Source: Salpingoeca rosetta
Lineage: Eukaryota > Protista > Choanoflagellata
Assembly (NCBI GenBank): GCA_033442325.1
Contig: JAWQFM010000005.1
Coordinates: 611,327-675,326 of the forward strand
Direction: 5' to 3'
Length of the DNA stretch: 64,000 nt
Below the pieces are notes generated by a model. That model saw only the letters and a list, made by a program, of their open reading frames with translations. It was not told where the DNA came from and made no database searches. The position numbers and the translations under genes are program-made. Positions 16,791 to 33,184 of this stretch are shown piece by piece. Within the stretch, counting starts at the first letter, position 1, and each line of letters begins with the position of its first letter.

Positions 16791-16859
<69 letters not shown>

Positions 16860-17467
16860 CAGAGATAGACGCACACGCAGGCACACGCAGAGACTGTGTC
16901 TGCCCGCACCGTTGCTCGCATTGCAGCCCCCAGAATTTCATCTGCCGCGCTCGTTCACCTGACAGATGAAGGAGGAAGGCTACGAGATTGCGCACGATGG
17001 CAAGTGCATCACCATCTTCAGCGCTCCAAACTACTGGTACGTTTGCCGTGTTGCCTGCAAGCATGATCATTGCAGTGTGGACGACCAGGCCTTACACCGT
17101 GCCCGTGGTCCTTGATTCTTTGTTCGCTCACAACAAACCTGCGTCCCCACGACGACCACCATGACAACAACACGCGTTTGCGCTGGCAGCGACTCCATGG
17201 GCAACAAGGGCGCGTTCATCAAGCTGGACAAGCGGCACGAGCCCGAGATTGTGCAGTTTGAGGCCGTGGTATGTCGTTGGGGAAGGAGCCGTGTTTGGGA
17301 GGGGGGGGGGAGAGGGAACGAGATGGAGGGGAGGAACAATGATCGTCTTCCTGTTGCCATTGACTCATACACAATATCTCTCTTGCTTGCACACACACAT
17401 GCAGCCGCATCCGGATGTGAAGCCGATGGCGTTTGCCGGCGGCCTGTCATCTCTGCTTGGGTTCTAA
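12325..17467 (+). CDS. PPP5C: Serine/threonine protein phosphatase 5 (TPR + PPP catalytic domain), many exons
   Basis: TPR exons [51 protein letters not shown]; catalytic motifs [63 protein letters not shown]; C-terminal [11 protein letters not shown]. Confidence 0.97.
14438..14531. repeat. (TTG)n microsatellite in a PP5 intron
   Basis: About 30 perfect TTG units. Confidence 0.95.
15192..15247. repeat. Direct tandem duplication of about 28 bp in a PP5 intron
   Basis: tcactctctcgcttactcggattctgac occurs twice in tandem. Confidence 0.9.
16291..16385. repeat. (CAA)n microsatellite in a PP5 intron
   Basis: About 31 CAA units just upstream of a 3' splice site. Confidence 0.95.
16576..16858. repeat. 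Compound (GA)n-(GACA)n-(GA)n microsatellite
   Basis: Directly visible; similar tracts at about 13065-13220 and, in the complementary orientation, 42995-43185. Confidence 0.95.
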
Positions 17468-17886
17468 ATGCGTGAGTGCGTGCGCGTTGGTGCTTCACAC
17501 CTTGTCGCGTCCCATCTTTGATGGACAGAGCTCGTCTTCCTTCTCTTCTTCGCTTTCCCAGTGCACACTCGCTTTGTTTGACGTTGCCGTCGTAGCGTAA
17601 AGTAAACCCGTTGTCGTTGACTTGATTGGGAGGAGTGCGATTTACTTGTTGGGAGGGTGTAACAGACGGGAGAGACAGACACCCAGAGAGTGTGTGTGCA
17701 TGTGTTTTCACTTGAAAACAACAGCACGGAAGCAAGAACAGAAGAATAGCAGCAGAGCAAAGAACCAGGCAAACGCCGGAGAAAGAAACAACATAAACAT
17801 ACACGCGCAGGTAGAGTGCTTAGAGTGATGGGCGGCGGGTTTAGGGAGAAGGAGATGGGCTGCGAGCATTGGCGAGCTCGGCCTGT

Positions 17887-18879
17887 TCAGCACTTGTGCG
17901 CCTTGCGGGCTTTCTGCACGACATCATCCACAAGCTGCTTCAGGTGAAATGGGTCACGAGCAAGAGGCCCGTCATCCTCTTCGGCATCAATGGCATTGTT
18001 GTTGACGGCGAAAAGGGGGTAGTTGCACTCAGCAAGGTGGAAGGTTTCGCGAACGCTGTGAAGGACTTGGTTCACAGCATCGTCCTTATTGAATTTCCTC
18101 GGGTCGTTCCCTGCTCGCCGCCAAGCACGTCGCTCCTCGGTGATAGTTTCGTCCATGTGCGTGCGCACAAGGGCAGCAGGCAGGCGGTATTTCGGCAATC
18201 GTCGCAAGACGTCGTGGAGACCAGCTGACTCTGTTGATCCAAAGGCGAACACCGTGTAACTGATAAAGCGCAGGCCCATCTGCGCCACGTAGAAAGAGGA
18301 TGGATGGTCGGGTGTGTCCATCCCCGGCAGGTCCCAGAGAATGAGCTGGTTGAAACGGCGCGGGGTCGGTGCGCGCTTGTCGTTGTGTGTCGTGGGCGGG
18401 TCATCCTGGCACACGTGTGCGAAAGTCTCCTTAACACGAGGCAGAAAACCGGGGTCTTCATACGCGACTCCTTGGCCGAGGACAATGAGTACACAGCGAA
18501 AGATGCAGGTCAAGGATGTCTTCCCAGAATTGTTGGGGCCAGCCACACCAACGTGGTAGAAGCTGCTGAAGTTCTCGTTGGGGAAGTGCTGCTTGAAGAT
18601 GACACGCAACGGGTTCATGCAAGCGTCGGTCGGGCAAGCAAGGGGCATGTCGGGGATGCGGGCAACTGTCATGCAACCACGCCTTTGAAGCAGGACCTCC
18701 ACATCTGTGTCTGTACTTGTATCCGGGCCTGCCTCAGGTTGTACGTCTTGCTCGGTCGGAATGAAATTCTGGCTTGGATCGGCTTCATTCTGCGGAGAAT
18801 CACGAAACCACCAGTGATAGGCGGCGTAGCCTGCAGAGCCAACGATTCCAACAATCAAACCACCAATCACAAACTCCAT
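17887..18879 (-). CDS. Intronless P-loop GTPase, interferon-inducible (IRG/IIGP)-like, N-terminal membrane anchor (paralog A, 330 aa)
   Basis: Clean 330-aa ORF; hydrophobic N-terminus MEFVIGGLIVGIVGSAGYAAYHWWF; G1 VGVAGPNNSGKTS, G3 LILWDLPGM, G4-like LVRTHMD (IRG consensus LWDLPG and VRTKxD). Confidence 0.8.
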   Translation of the reverse strand: MEFVIGGLIVGIVGSAGYAAYHWWFRDSPQNEADPSQNFIPTEQDVQPEAGPDTSTDTDVEVLLQRRGCMTVARIPDMPLACPTDACMNPLRVIFKQHFPNENFSSFYHVGVAGPNNSGKTSLTCIFRCVLIVLGQGVAYEDPGFLPRVKETFAHVCQDDPPTTHNDKRAPTPRRFNQLILWDLPGMDTPDHPSSFYVAQMGLRFISYTVFAFGSTESAGLHDVLRRLPKYRLPAALVRTHMDETITEERRAWRRAGNDPRKFNKDDAVNQVLHSVRETFHLAECNYPLFAVNNNAIDAEEDDGPLARDPFHLKQLVDDVVQKARKAHKC

Positions 18880-19429
18880 GGCTAGAGGAGATAGCTTGTC
18901 AGGTCCTCAAGCACAGAAGTGCAGAAGTTGCAGGCACAGAGCAAATGACAAATGGCGACACTTCTCCGAGTTTGACTGCCCTTTCGTCTTGTTGTGTGCG
19001 TGGGCATCGCTGGTGTGTCACATAACCAAAACTCATTCGCGACCCACACATGCAGAACGGTTACATACAGCCTTACTCCTGTCCCTGCCTCTGGGGTGGT
19101 GCTGTGTCAGTGATGTGACTGTGCCAAAGTCAGTGGACATGACCAATGTGTCATGTCATATTGTGGGATAGGTTGGTACAAAATTGAGGTGAACCGCAAC
19201 CAACTGCCAGTGTGACTGTGCAATTATTCTCAATGCTCGCGGTAGCACGGTGCTCTTGGCTGGTGGTCTTTGTGGAGGGGAAGTGCGAGCACTGCCTGAG
19301 CACATGAGCATTTGTCGCAATCCCCTCCGTTCCACAAGTCTGCCAGTTCGCCCTTACAAGTGCACTTCCTCCATGATCCCCATCGTCGCAGGGACTGGGC
19401 TGTGGTGCATGTTTTCCTCGCATGCAAAC

Positions 19430-20341
19430 ATGTTGGAGTGGGTAATGAGCACAGGAAGTTCATGCTTTGGTTTTGGTGTCAGCGATGGCACGGACGCGGA
19501 CGACACACATGGCGACAGCCCCTATTACCTCCACGACTCAGACCAGGCACAGGAGAGAGGCGGCACGCCACCACCCAGGACCGGCTCAAAGAAGAGTGAC
19601 AACCCGCTTGTATCCATCTTGGAGAAGGCGTTCCCGAACGCCAAGTTCAGCCGGTTGCGTCACATTGCAGTTGTCGGCGCCCCATGTTCGGGCAAAACGA
19701 CATTGCTGCACGTGCTCCGCGCCGGTGTTGAGAAGCTCAACGGCGACAGCGAGCCTGCAGGCCGCTCCCACCACCACAGAGACAGAGGCAGAGACGGAGC
19801 ACGAGACCAGCCAGCCCCGTTTCGCGCTGGACACCGCGTGTACTGGGACATGCCCGCCCTGGGGATGACAGAGCAGACTGCGCAGGAATATTTCAGCGCT
19901 GTCGGCCTCCATTCAGTGGACCTCATTGTTTTCGCAATTGGAACAACAGAGACAAAGGCCACTCATGACGCCATCGAGGAGGCGCATTTGCAGCAAGTGC
20001 CATCCATTGTGGTGCAGACGCACATGGACACCATCGCAGCAAAGGAGCGTGTCGCCTGGAGGCGAAGTGGCAAAGCACTTGGTGCGTTCAATGTCGAAGA
20101 TGCCAGTCGCCAATACATAGAGTATGTCAAGCAAACCTACAGGCTTGACGAGTTCCAGTTTCAGCTGTTTGGTGTGAACGGCATCGCCAACGTGGAGGAG
20201 GAGCATCCTTTACAACGACACCTGTTTCAACGGCAACAACTCGCAGAGTGGGTGGACAAGCGCACACAGCTTCACCTCAAACAAGGCTGGTTTAGCACAT
20301 TATGGTTTTGGAAGGGCGTCGAATCGAAGCGGTTTGTGTGA
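19430..20341 (+). CDS. Intronless P-loop GTPase-like protein, IRG/IIGP-like (paralog B); start codon uncertain (19304, 19374, 19430 or 19445)
   Basis: G1 IAVVGAPCSGKTT, G3 variant VYWDMPAL, G4-like VVQTHMD. Colinear with paralog A: NPLVSILEKAFPNAKFS / NPLRVIFKQHFPNENFS, VFAIGTTE / VFAFGSTE, ERVAWRRSG / ERRAWRRAG, LFGVN / LFAVN. Confidence 0.78.
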   Translation: MLEWVMSTGSSCFGFGVSDGTDADDTHGDSPYYLHDSDQAQERGGTPPPRTGSKKSDNPLVSILEKAFPNAKFSRLRHIAVVGAPCSGKTTLLHVLRAGVEKLNGDSEPAGRSHHHRDRGRDGARDQPAPFRAGHRVYWDMPALGMTEQTAQEYFSAVGLHSVDLIVFAIGTTETKATHDAIEEAHLQQVPSIVVQTHMDTIAAKERVAWRRSGKALGAFNVEDASRQYIEYVKQTYRLDEFQFQLFGVNGIANVEEEHPLQRHLFQRQQLAEWVDKRTQLHLKQGWFSTLWFWKGVESKRFV

Positions 20342-20953
20342 CAACTTGGACGATGCAGTTCATGGACATCCCTGTCATTGCGTGCACTCGTTGCGTATGG
20401 GTCAATGTAGGACGCCCTGCACCTCTTTCCTCCTCTCTTACTTGCTTTCTTTCTTTCTTTGCTTCCTTCTCCAAATAAACCCAACATCATCCATCCACAA
20501 ATCCACAACCAGAGCAGAACCGTCACGTTCGCTCCCATTGTCACAAACAGGATGATGCGCAGTACGATTCTTTTACTCCTTCCTTCCTCCCACAACCAAC
20601 AATATGAACAACAACAGCAGCAGCAGCATTTAACACCACAAACCACGCGACGTCTGCATTGCATCGCACCACCTCCCCTTCCCACGCAACCGCGCGCACG
20701 AGCTTCAAATGACAAACTGCGACGGCAGAGGGGATCCGTTGTTGACTTCCAGCCGGCGGTGCCTCTCCTCCCTCGCCTTCTCCTGCACGCGCACGTGCCA
20801 GTGGGGGATAGCATTATTCAATCCGTGAGACACGCAAGAAAGAAACACCCTTGTCACACAACAACGGGAAACCTTCAAGCCTTGTCACTTTGTCATGCCC
20901 GCGTTTCGTACCTTTTCTGCAGCCTTCGTGGCGCCAGCCCACATGTCCCTGCG

Positions 20954-21029
<76 letters not shown>

Positions 21030-21126
21030 GACGAGGACAGAGTTGGTGAGCGCACAGCAACCGCACATTCGGTATCCCATCGCGACCCACATACACCGCC
21101 CCCCAAGCAAGGGGTGAAAGGAGCCA

Positions 21127-21172
21127 TCAGGGAGCAAGGCTACTGTGCATGATGCGTTGTTGCTGTTGTTGC

Positions 21173-21221
<49 letters not shown>

Positions 21222-22244
21222 GGTTGTTGGTTGGTTGGTTGTTGGTTGGTTGTTTGTTTGTTTGTTTGTCTGTTTGTTTGTTTGTTTGTTTGTTTGTTTG
21301 TTTGTTTGTTTGTTTGTTTGTTTGTTTGTTTGTTTGTCTGTTTGTTTGTTTGTTTGTTGTTGTTGTTATTTGTTGGCTGATGTTGTTGCTGCTGTTTTCT
21401 TCCTTACCCTGTGCGGGGAACGCCGTGTTTGTCCAGAAGGTCGTCCAGTCGCTCGCGTCGGCTCAGCAGCGCGTGGTGGCCGCTCTGCAATGCAACACAA
21501 GGAGCAAGACATTGATACTCAGTGACATGGAAATGAAACGAACACCAGACACCACACGAGCAGCACCTGCCTGCCACGGCCGCACCTGTCGCTTCTCTGG
21601 CGTTGCATTCCTTGACACGGGGCCGCTAATCATGGATGTCTGCGCAGATGGACGGCGCGACGAGCGACGGCTCTGACATGCGTATGTGTATGTGTATGTG
21701 TATGTGCGTGTGTGTGAGCATGCGATTGGCAATCGCAGCAACCAACAACACCAGAAGCAAGGAAGCACAGAAGCAAGAAAGCAAGGAAGCACAGAAGCAA
21801 GGAAGCACAGAGGCAAGGTACAAAGCTTGCTCTATCCATCAGCTCCTTCGTCACGACTCACGTCATACCACGACGAGGACAGGTCACGCGCCGAGCGCAG
21901 CACCGCCAGCTCATCGTTCTGCACACAACAAACAAGAACACACATACACACGAACGTGATGAATGAGTCAAAACGAAAGCAAAGGAAGCAAATGAGAACG
22001 AGGACCAGGCGAAGAGCAAGCAGGCCAAACGCTTGCCGTACACAACCACATATCACACCACACAACAACACACAACACACAACACACCTTCAAGCTCAGC
22101 TCGTGGGACAGGTACATGATTTCGGAATCGCGCTGGTCCAGCAGTTCCTGCCGTCCATTTAGTAGCATCAACATAATCAGAGACAGAACCATGAATGTGA
22201 GAGATGAACAGCATTTCAATTCCATTCCTTTTGTACTGCGCTCG

Positions 22245-22290
<46 letters not shown>

Positions 22291-22572
22291 CAGTGGCTTG
22301 CGTTCCTTGTCGAGTTTTTCTCGCACCTGCAGCTCAGCCGTGAGGGCCTTCTCGGCCTGCAGCGCCTGCATCACCTGCGATGGCTCCACCTGTGCTCTTA
22401 AGGCCTCGTTCTCGCGTCTCAGCGCCTGTGGAAGGACAGAGGAAGAAGGCAAGCAAGGCGTAAGCTGATGAACAAAGATCGTGCCTGGCGTATGATCTGC
22501 GTCAGCCAAAGAGCCGAGAGGCACAGACACACAGACACAGGGACACACAGACACACGGACACAGGTACACAC

Positions 22573-22617
<45 letters not shown>

Positions 22618-22777
22618 ACAGCACAGCTCACTCACGATAATCTCTGCCTGGAGACGGGCGCGGGACATGAGCAGAAGCGTGGCGGTTTCCTTCTCCAGCT
22701 GCTTGTTGGCGCGCTTGGACTCGAGCGCGTGCGCCCACGCCATGCTCAGCCGCTGTGTCACATCCGCAATCTGCCCA

Positions 22778-22822
<45 letters not shown>

Positions 22823-24050
22823 CAGACAACATGCGAGACACAATACTGCAATGAGCACAAGAACCTGCATCGTGGTTGCTCGTCTGTCCCCCTCCCGCGC
22901 GTGAAATACATGCGTCTGGAAGCGTCGCCGACGGGTAGCACACCAACAAGGACATTTCCAATATCGATGCATTGCTCCCTCCTCACCTTCTGCGGCGTGA
23001 CTTTGTGTTTTGGACGTCGGGGCGAGTGCTGTGTGTCACTGAAAGCGCCGTCGCCTTCGTGTGAGTCCGAGTCTGAGGACCGCGCTTGCTCCTGCACGTG
23101 GCCACACACGCATGAGCGAACGTGACATTAATAAAATGGTAACGTGCACAGACATGGGCTCCAAAACACATATGATCTGTCCGGCAGTGCGTGCAAGCAA
23201 GCAAGCAACCGCTGTTGTGTGTTGATACGGCACAACCTCGTGCTGACGCTGGTGATCTTTTGGCGGCAGCAGGTTCATGACCTCCTGCACGTTTTCCTTG
23301 ATTGTTTCATCTTTCTGTGAAGCGTGGAGCACGGCAATTTCGTGTAAGTGTGTGTGTGTGTGTGTGTGTGTGCGTGTGTGTGTGAATGTGTGAATGTGTG
23401 GGGTGAAGAGAAGGGACGGCTTGGGCGTTGGGCCAGCATGGCGCTGGCGAGCATTTCATGAACTTCATTCGCGCGAGCAAGCAAGCAAGCGAGCAGCATG
23501 GGGAGGTGGCTATTTCAAGCTGGTTCAACAACACATGTTGGTCTCTTCTCGTGTTTGATCGCCACGAACTTCGATGGCAACAGCGGTGAGCGACGGGTCC
23601 GCAAACGGCTGGTGTTTCTGGTGCAGCTTTGTCAGCAGTCGGTTCACTGCATCCTTCTGCGTTGCGGACAGGTCCTCCACTCGGTACTGCACGCGAGAGA
23701 GGAGGGCACAAGAAGCCACAAACAGTTACTTTGCAGTCAAGCAATTGGGCGAGTAATCGGGCGAGCAAGCAAGCACGCGAGCAAGCAACTGCTATCCTTT
23801 GGTCTTTGCTCAGTCAACACCACAAGGACGTCCGTTTTGCCACCACACACACACACACCTTGTGGGAGACGATGCCGAGGGATTGCAGCCAGCGCAGGCC
23901 CTCGTCTGTGCTGAGGGTGATGTCGGTGGCGTCCCACTCAAAGGTGTCCAACTGGGCCCAATCGCCCATGTGCTGCAGCTCGTCCAAGTCCACCCGTTGC
24001 CGCAGGTGAGGGGACGAGCTCGAGCTGCAAGCGTCATACAAGTCATCAAA

Positions 24051-24134
<84 letters not shown>

Positions 24135-24597
24135 CCAGACAAACGACGAAACAAACGGCAGGCGTGAGGTTGCTTGGTTGGGCTCTTCACAAACCAGCAG
24201 CAATCGACAGTGGCAAGAGCCACGAGGCACAAGCAAATGGCAAGAGGCACTCGAGACAGGCGATGCAAGTCACGTCATGCGTCACGTGTCACCTGCTTGA
24301 CGCGTAGATTTCCTGCGTAGCGGAGTCCACGGTGACCCGACCATCGCGCACCGCATGCATCAGCTCCACTCGCCTCTCCTGCACGCGTGCATCAGCAGTG
24401 AGCCGGTGATGCAGTCTCATCAGCAAACACCGTTGCATGCAAGCAAGCAAGTGAAGCAAGTGAAGCAAGTGGAGCAATGCATCGTTCAGCAGAGCAGAAC
24501 CCAAACAAACCTCTGACAAGCGGCGAATGGCGTCCCTGTCTGATGACCGTTGCGTGGCGGCGGTCGCCGTGCTGCTGCTCGTACTGTGCTTCGGCAT
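21127..24597 (-). CDS. Hypothetical multi-exon coiled-coil protein
   Basis: GT-AG exons between microsatellite introns: RVQERRVELMHAVRDG, LRQRVDLDELQHMGDWAQLDTFEW, YRVEDLSATQKDAVNRLLTKL, IADVTQRLSMAWAHALESKRANKQLEKE, ALRRENEALRAQVE, ELLDQRDSEIMYLSHELSLK, SGHHALLSRRERLDDLLDKHG, ending GSLAP*. No family recognised. Confidence 0.65.
21155..21370. repeat. Compound (TTG)n-(TTGG)n-(TTTG)n microsatellite
   Basis: Directly visible; lies in the last intron of the minus-strand hypothetical gene. Confidence 0.9.
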
Positions 24598-25141
24598 GGC
24601 CTGTGTGCTTGTGTGCTTGCGTGCTTGTGTGATGTGTGTCTGGCTTGTGCTTATGTGTGCGTGTGTGTGCTTGTGTGCTTGTGTGTGCGCGCTATACTCC
24701 CTCGTTCTTTGATTTCCAGCCAGCTCCAGCAACAATGCCACCACAACAAGCAAGAAGCAGGCGACGCGATGATGCTGATCTCCCTTCCGGTTTGCCTGCA
24801 AGCAAGGAAGCAAAAAATACCGGCTGCCAACCGGCGCCAGCAGGCCTTCAACCAATGTCACGGTCCACAACAGAATAAAGCGTAGCAGAAAGCGTTTCAC
24901 GTGGTTGCAGGCGTGAGCCGAGTTTTGGTGCAAGCCTTACACAAATGGCCAACAACCACGCAGAAGAAGAAGAAGAAGTGGATTGCGTTCAACTCAAGCT
25001 GTGTGCCTTTTTTCCTTCTCTTCTTCCACCCACGCTGCCCGCGCACACACCGCACACACACCCGCCCGCCTGCGCGTTCATCATCGACCACCTGCGTTCT
25101 CGCTTTCAAGCACAGCACTCGCACAACACCACGACGACACA

Positions 25142-26272
25142 ATGGCGGCCATGGATGAGGAAGTGAGCACAATGCGCGAGCCATGGTACGTCTTCCGGTT
25201 TTCTGCTGCGTGAGAGAGGTGAATGAAGGTTGAATGAATGTGGTGTACGTGTTGTGGACGTGTGTGTGTCTGCATGTGTGCATCCACGTCATGCTCGGAC
25301 ACACACACCTGCACAAGTCCACGCGTACACATGAACACACCATACACACATTGCACACACAAGTACACACGTACACACGTACACACGTACGCAAAAGTGC
25401 ACCATGCCTCCTGCTCCCTTCCCTCCCTCCCTCACACGCACACACACACACACACGCATACACGATAGCCCCTGGCGTATTCTTGATGATTGCGGTGGCG
25501 CTTTTGCCATGGGTTGCATTGGTGGCTCCGTCTGGCATGGCGTCAAGGGCTACAGATCAGCACCCATGGTACGTTCAACTGCGTGTGTGCATGTGTGTAT
25601 GTGTGCGTGCGAGAAGCACGCCGTACCCTTTTCTGGACACGCAAAGTTGGATTTGTGTGCCTCTTCTCTTCAACCTAACACACCACACGACATGACGCGA
25701 CACGTCATCACACGACACAGGGCCTGAAGTACAGGGAGTGCATCAACGCCATCAAGCTGCGTGCACCAACCGTTGGTGGTACGTGGTCGCATGCAGGCCT
25801 GATTGCGAACAAATGCTTCGCACACACACTGTTGCACCACACCCATTGTGCACACATCTGCACACACACACACACATCCGCATACACCCACGCACCCACA
25901 CACGCCGTTCACACACACACGCCGTTCATACACTCACTCTTTCGCCTGCTGTTTGGTTTGTCACCCTTGGGACAGGCAACTTTGGTATTTGGGGCGCCAT
26001 GTTCTCGTCGTTTGATTGCTCGTTTGCCGCGCTTCGTGGAAAGGATGATCCGTGGAACGCCATTGCCTCTGGCTTCGTCACCAGCGGTGTTCTTGCCGCC
26101 CGCTTTGGTGCCTCGACTGCGCTCAAGTCTGCTGTCGGCGGCGTAAGTTTCGACACGGATTGTGTCAGTGGACGCGTGTGTGGTGGATGTGGGTGTGGGT
26201 GGGTGCTCGAGCCCGTGTTTTTGCACGTGTGCGTGTCTCGTGTGCGCTCACATTACTACACGAACGCACACA

Positions 26273-26307
<35 letters not shown>

Positions 26308-26505
26308 TGGCACTTCCTGTGCTCTTGTCGCCCCCTCCCCCAACTCACCGGTGTCGCAATTGTGTTTGCATGTGTGCAGGGTGTTATTCTTGCGTGTATT
26401 GAGGGCCTGACGGTGGCCATCAACAACTGGCAGACACAGCAGATGAAGCCGCAAAGACCGCAGATCATGGATGACCCGCTTGGTCCCGCGCCAGCACGGA
26501 GTTAA
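25142..26505 (+). CDS. TIM17: Mitochondrial inner membrane translocase subunit Tim17, 5 exons
   Basis: [82 protein letters not shown] are diagnostic Tim17 motifs. Confidence 0.97.
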
Positions 26506-26776
26506 TTGACACACACACGTATATCTCACCGCCGGGTGATGTTGGATCCTGCAGACAGGCAACGACGGTGTGGCACTGTCGTTGTTTCGGTTGGACTGTC
26601 CAAGTTGGATGCTAGTCTGTGTGTGTGTGTCAGTGGGGGTCACTTTGTGTTTTGTGTGTGTTGTTGTCTTGTCATCATCATTGTCGTGTACATTTCCTCT
26701 TGGCGTTTACTTGTTGAGCTTGTTTGAGTGCACGAAGCCACAGCACGACACAGCCTTACTATTGTCGTGTGCGTAG

Positions 26777-26832
<56 letters not shown>

Positions 26833-27684
26833 CTGTGCGCATCACTTTTTTGTCCGTCCCCCTCCCCCCTTTCCTCAAAGTGTGTTTCTTCCTTACCCCT
26901 CTAATTGGTTCGTAGCCTATGCCTGCTTGTCATTGTCGTGGGTGTTGTTATGTTTGCACCCCCCCCCTTTTCTTGTTGTTGTGTGCAGATGCTGAAGGAT
27001 GTGCCTCGCGCGTCCCTCCATTGTCTGTTTGTCTGTTTGTCTGTTTGTCTGTTTATTCGTCGTCGTTATTTGTTGTTATTTGTTGTCGTCGTTGGCTCTT
27101 CGTCTTCCATCTTCCGTCTTCCGTCTTTGTCTTTGTCTTCTTCTTCGTCAAACCACCAACAATCAACTAGCTTCTGTTCCTACAACACCCAAGCAAGATG
27201 AGGGTAGAGGGGGAGTGAGGGGTGCGAGAAGCAGAGCAAAGCAAGCGACGCAAACAAACAAACCAAACCAAGTACGCAACGCACACATCAAGCACAACAA
27301 AAAAGGACAAGCGACGCGCATTCCCTTGGGCATTGTAGAAAAGTTGGTGATGATATGCACCATTATCGTCAGTGAGAGGACACTTGGTGCAACCTGCACG
27401 CACTCGCTTGTTTCTGTGACACCTTCACTTGTTGCTTGCTTTGCTTGTTGTGGCGCTCGCTCCTCTGACCGTTCGTTGATTGCAACGGCCAAGAAGCTCG
27501 CTGGGTGAATAACATAACCCCTTCTTGGTACACATACACACACAACACAGAGCAGCAATAAGCTCGCGCAGAAGCGACAAGCAGCAGCCATCACCACGCA
27601 GGGACTGCTTTGTTCCTCTGAGCGCAATTGCACACAAACAACAACACACAACACACAACAGCAGCAACGGCAGCGGCGGCGGCT

Positions 27685-33184
<5,500 letters not shown>

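Noticed and set aside
17869-20206. Antisense ORFs overlapping the two GTPase genes (for example 18304-18885 +, 19586-19912 -)
   Set aside because: Expected shadow ORFs of GC-rich coding sequence, with no recognisable motifs.
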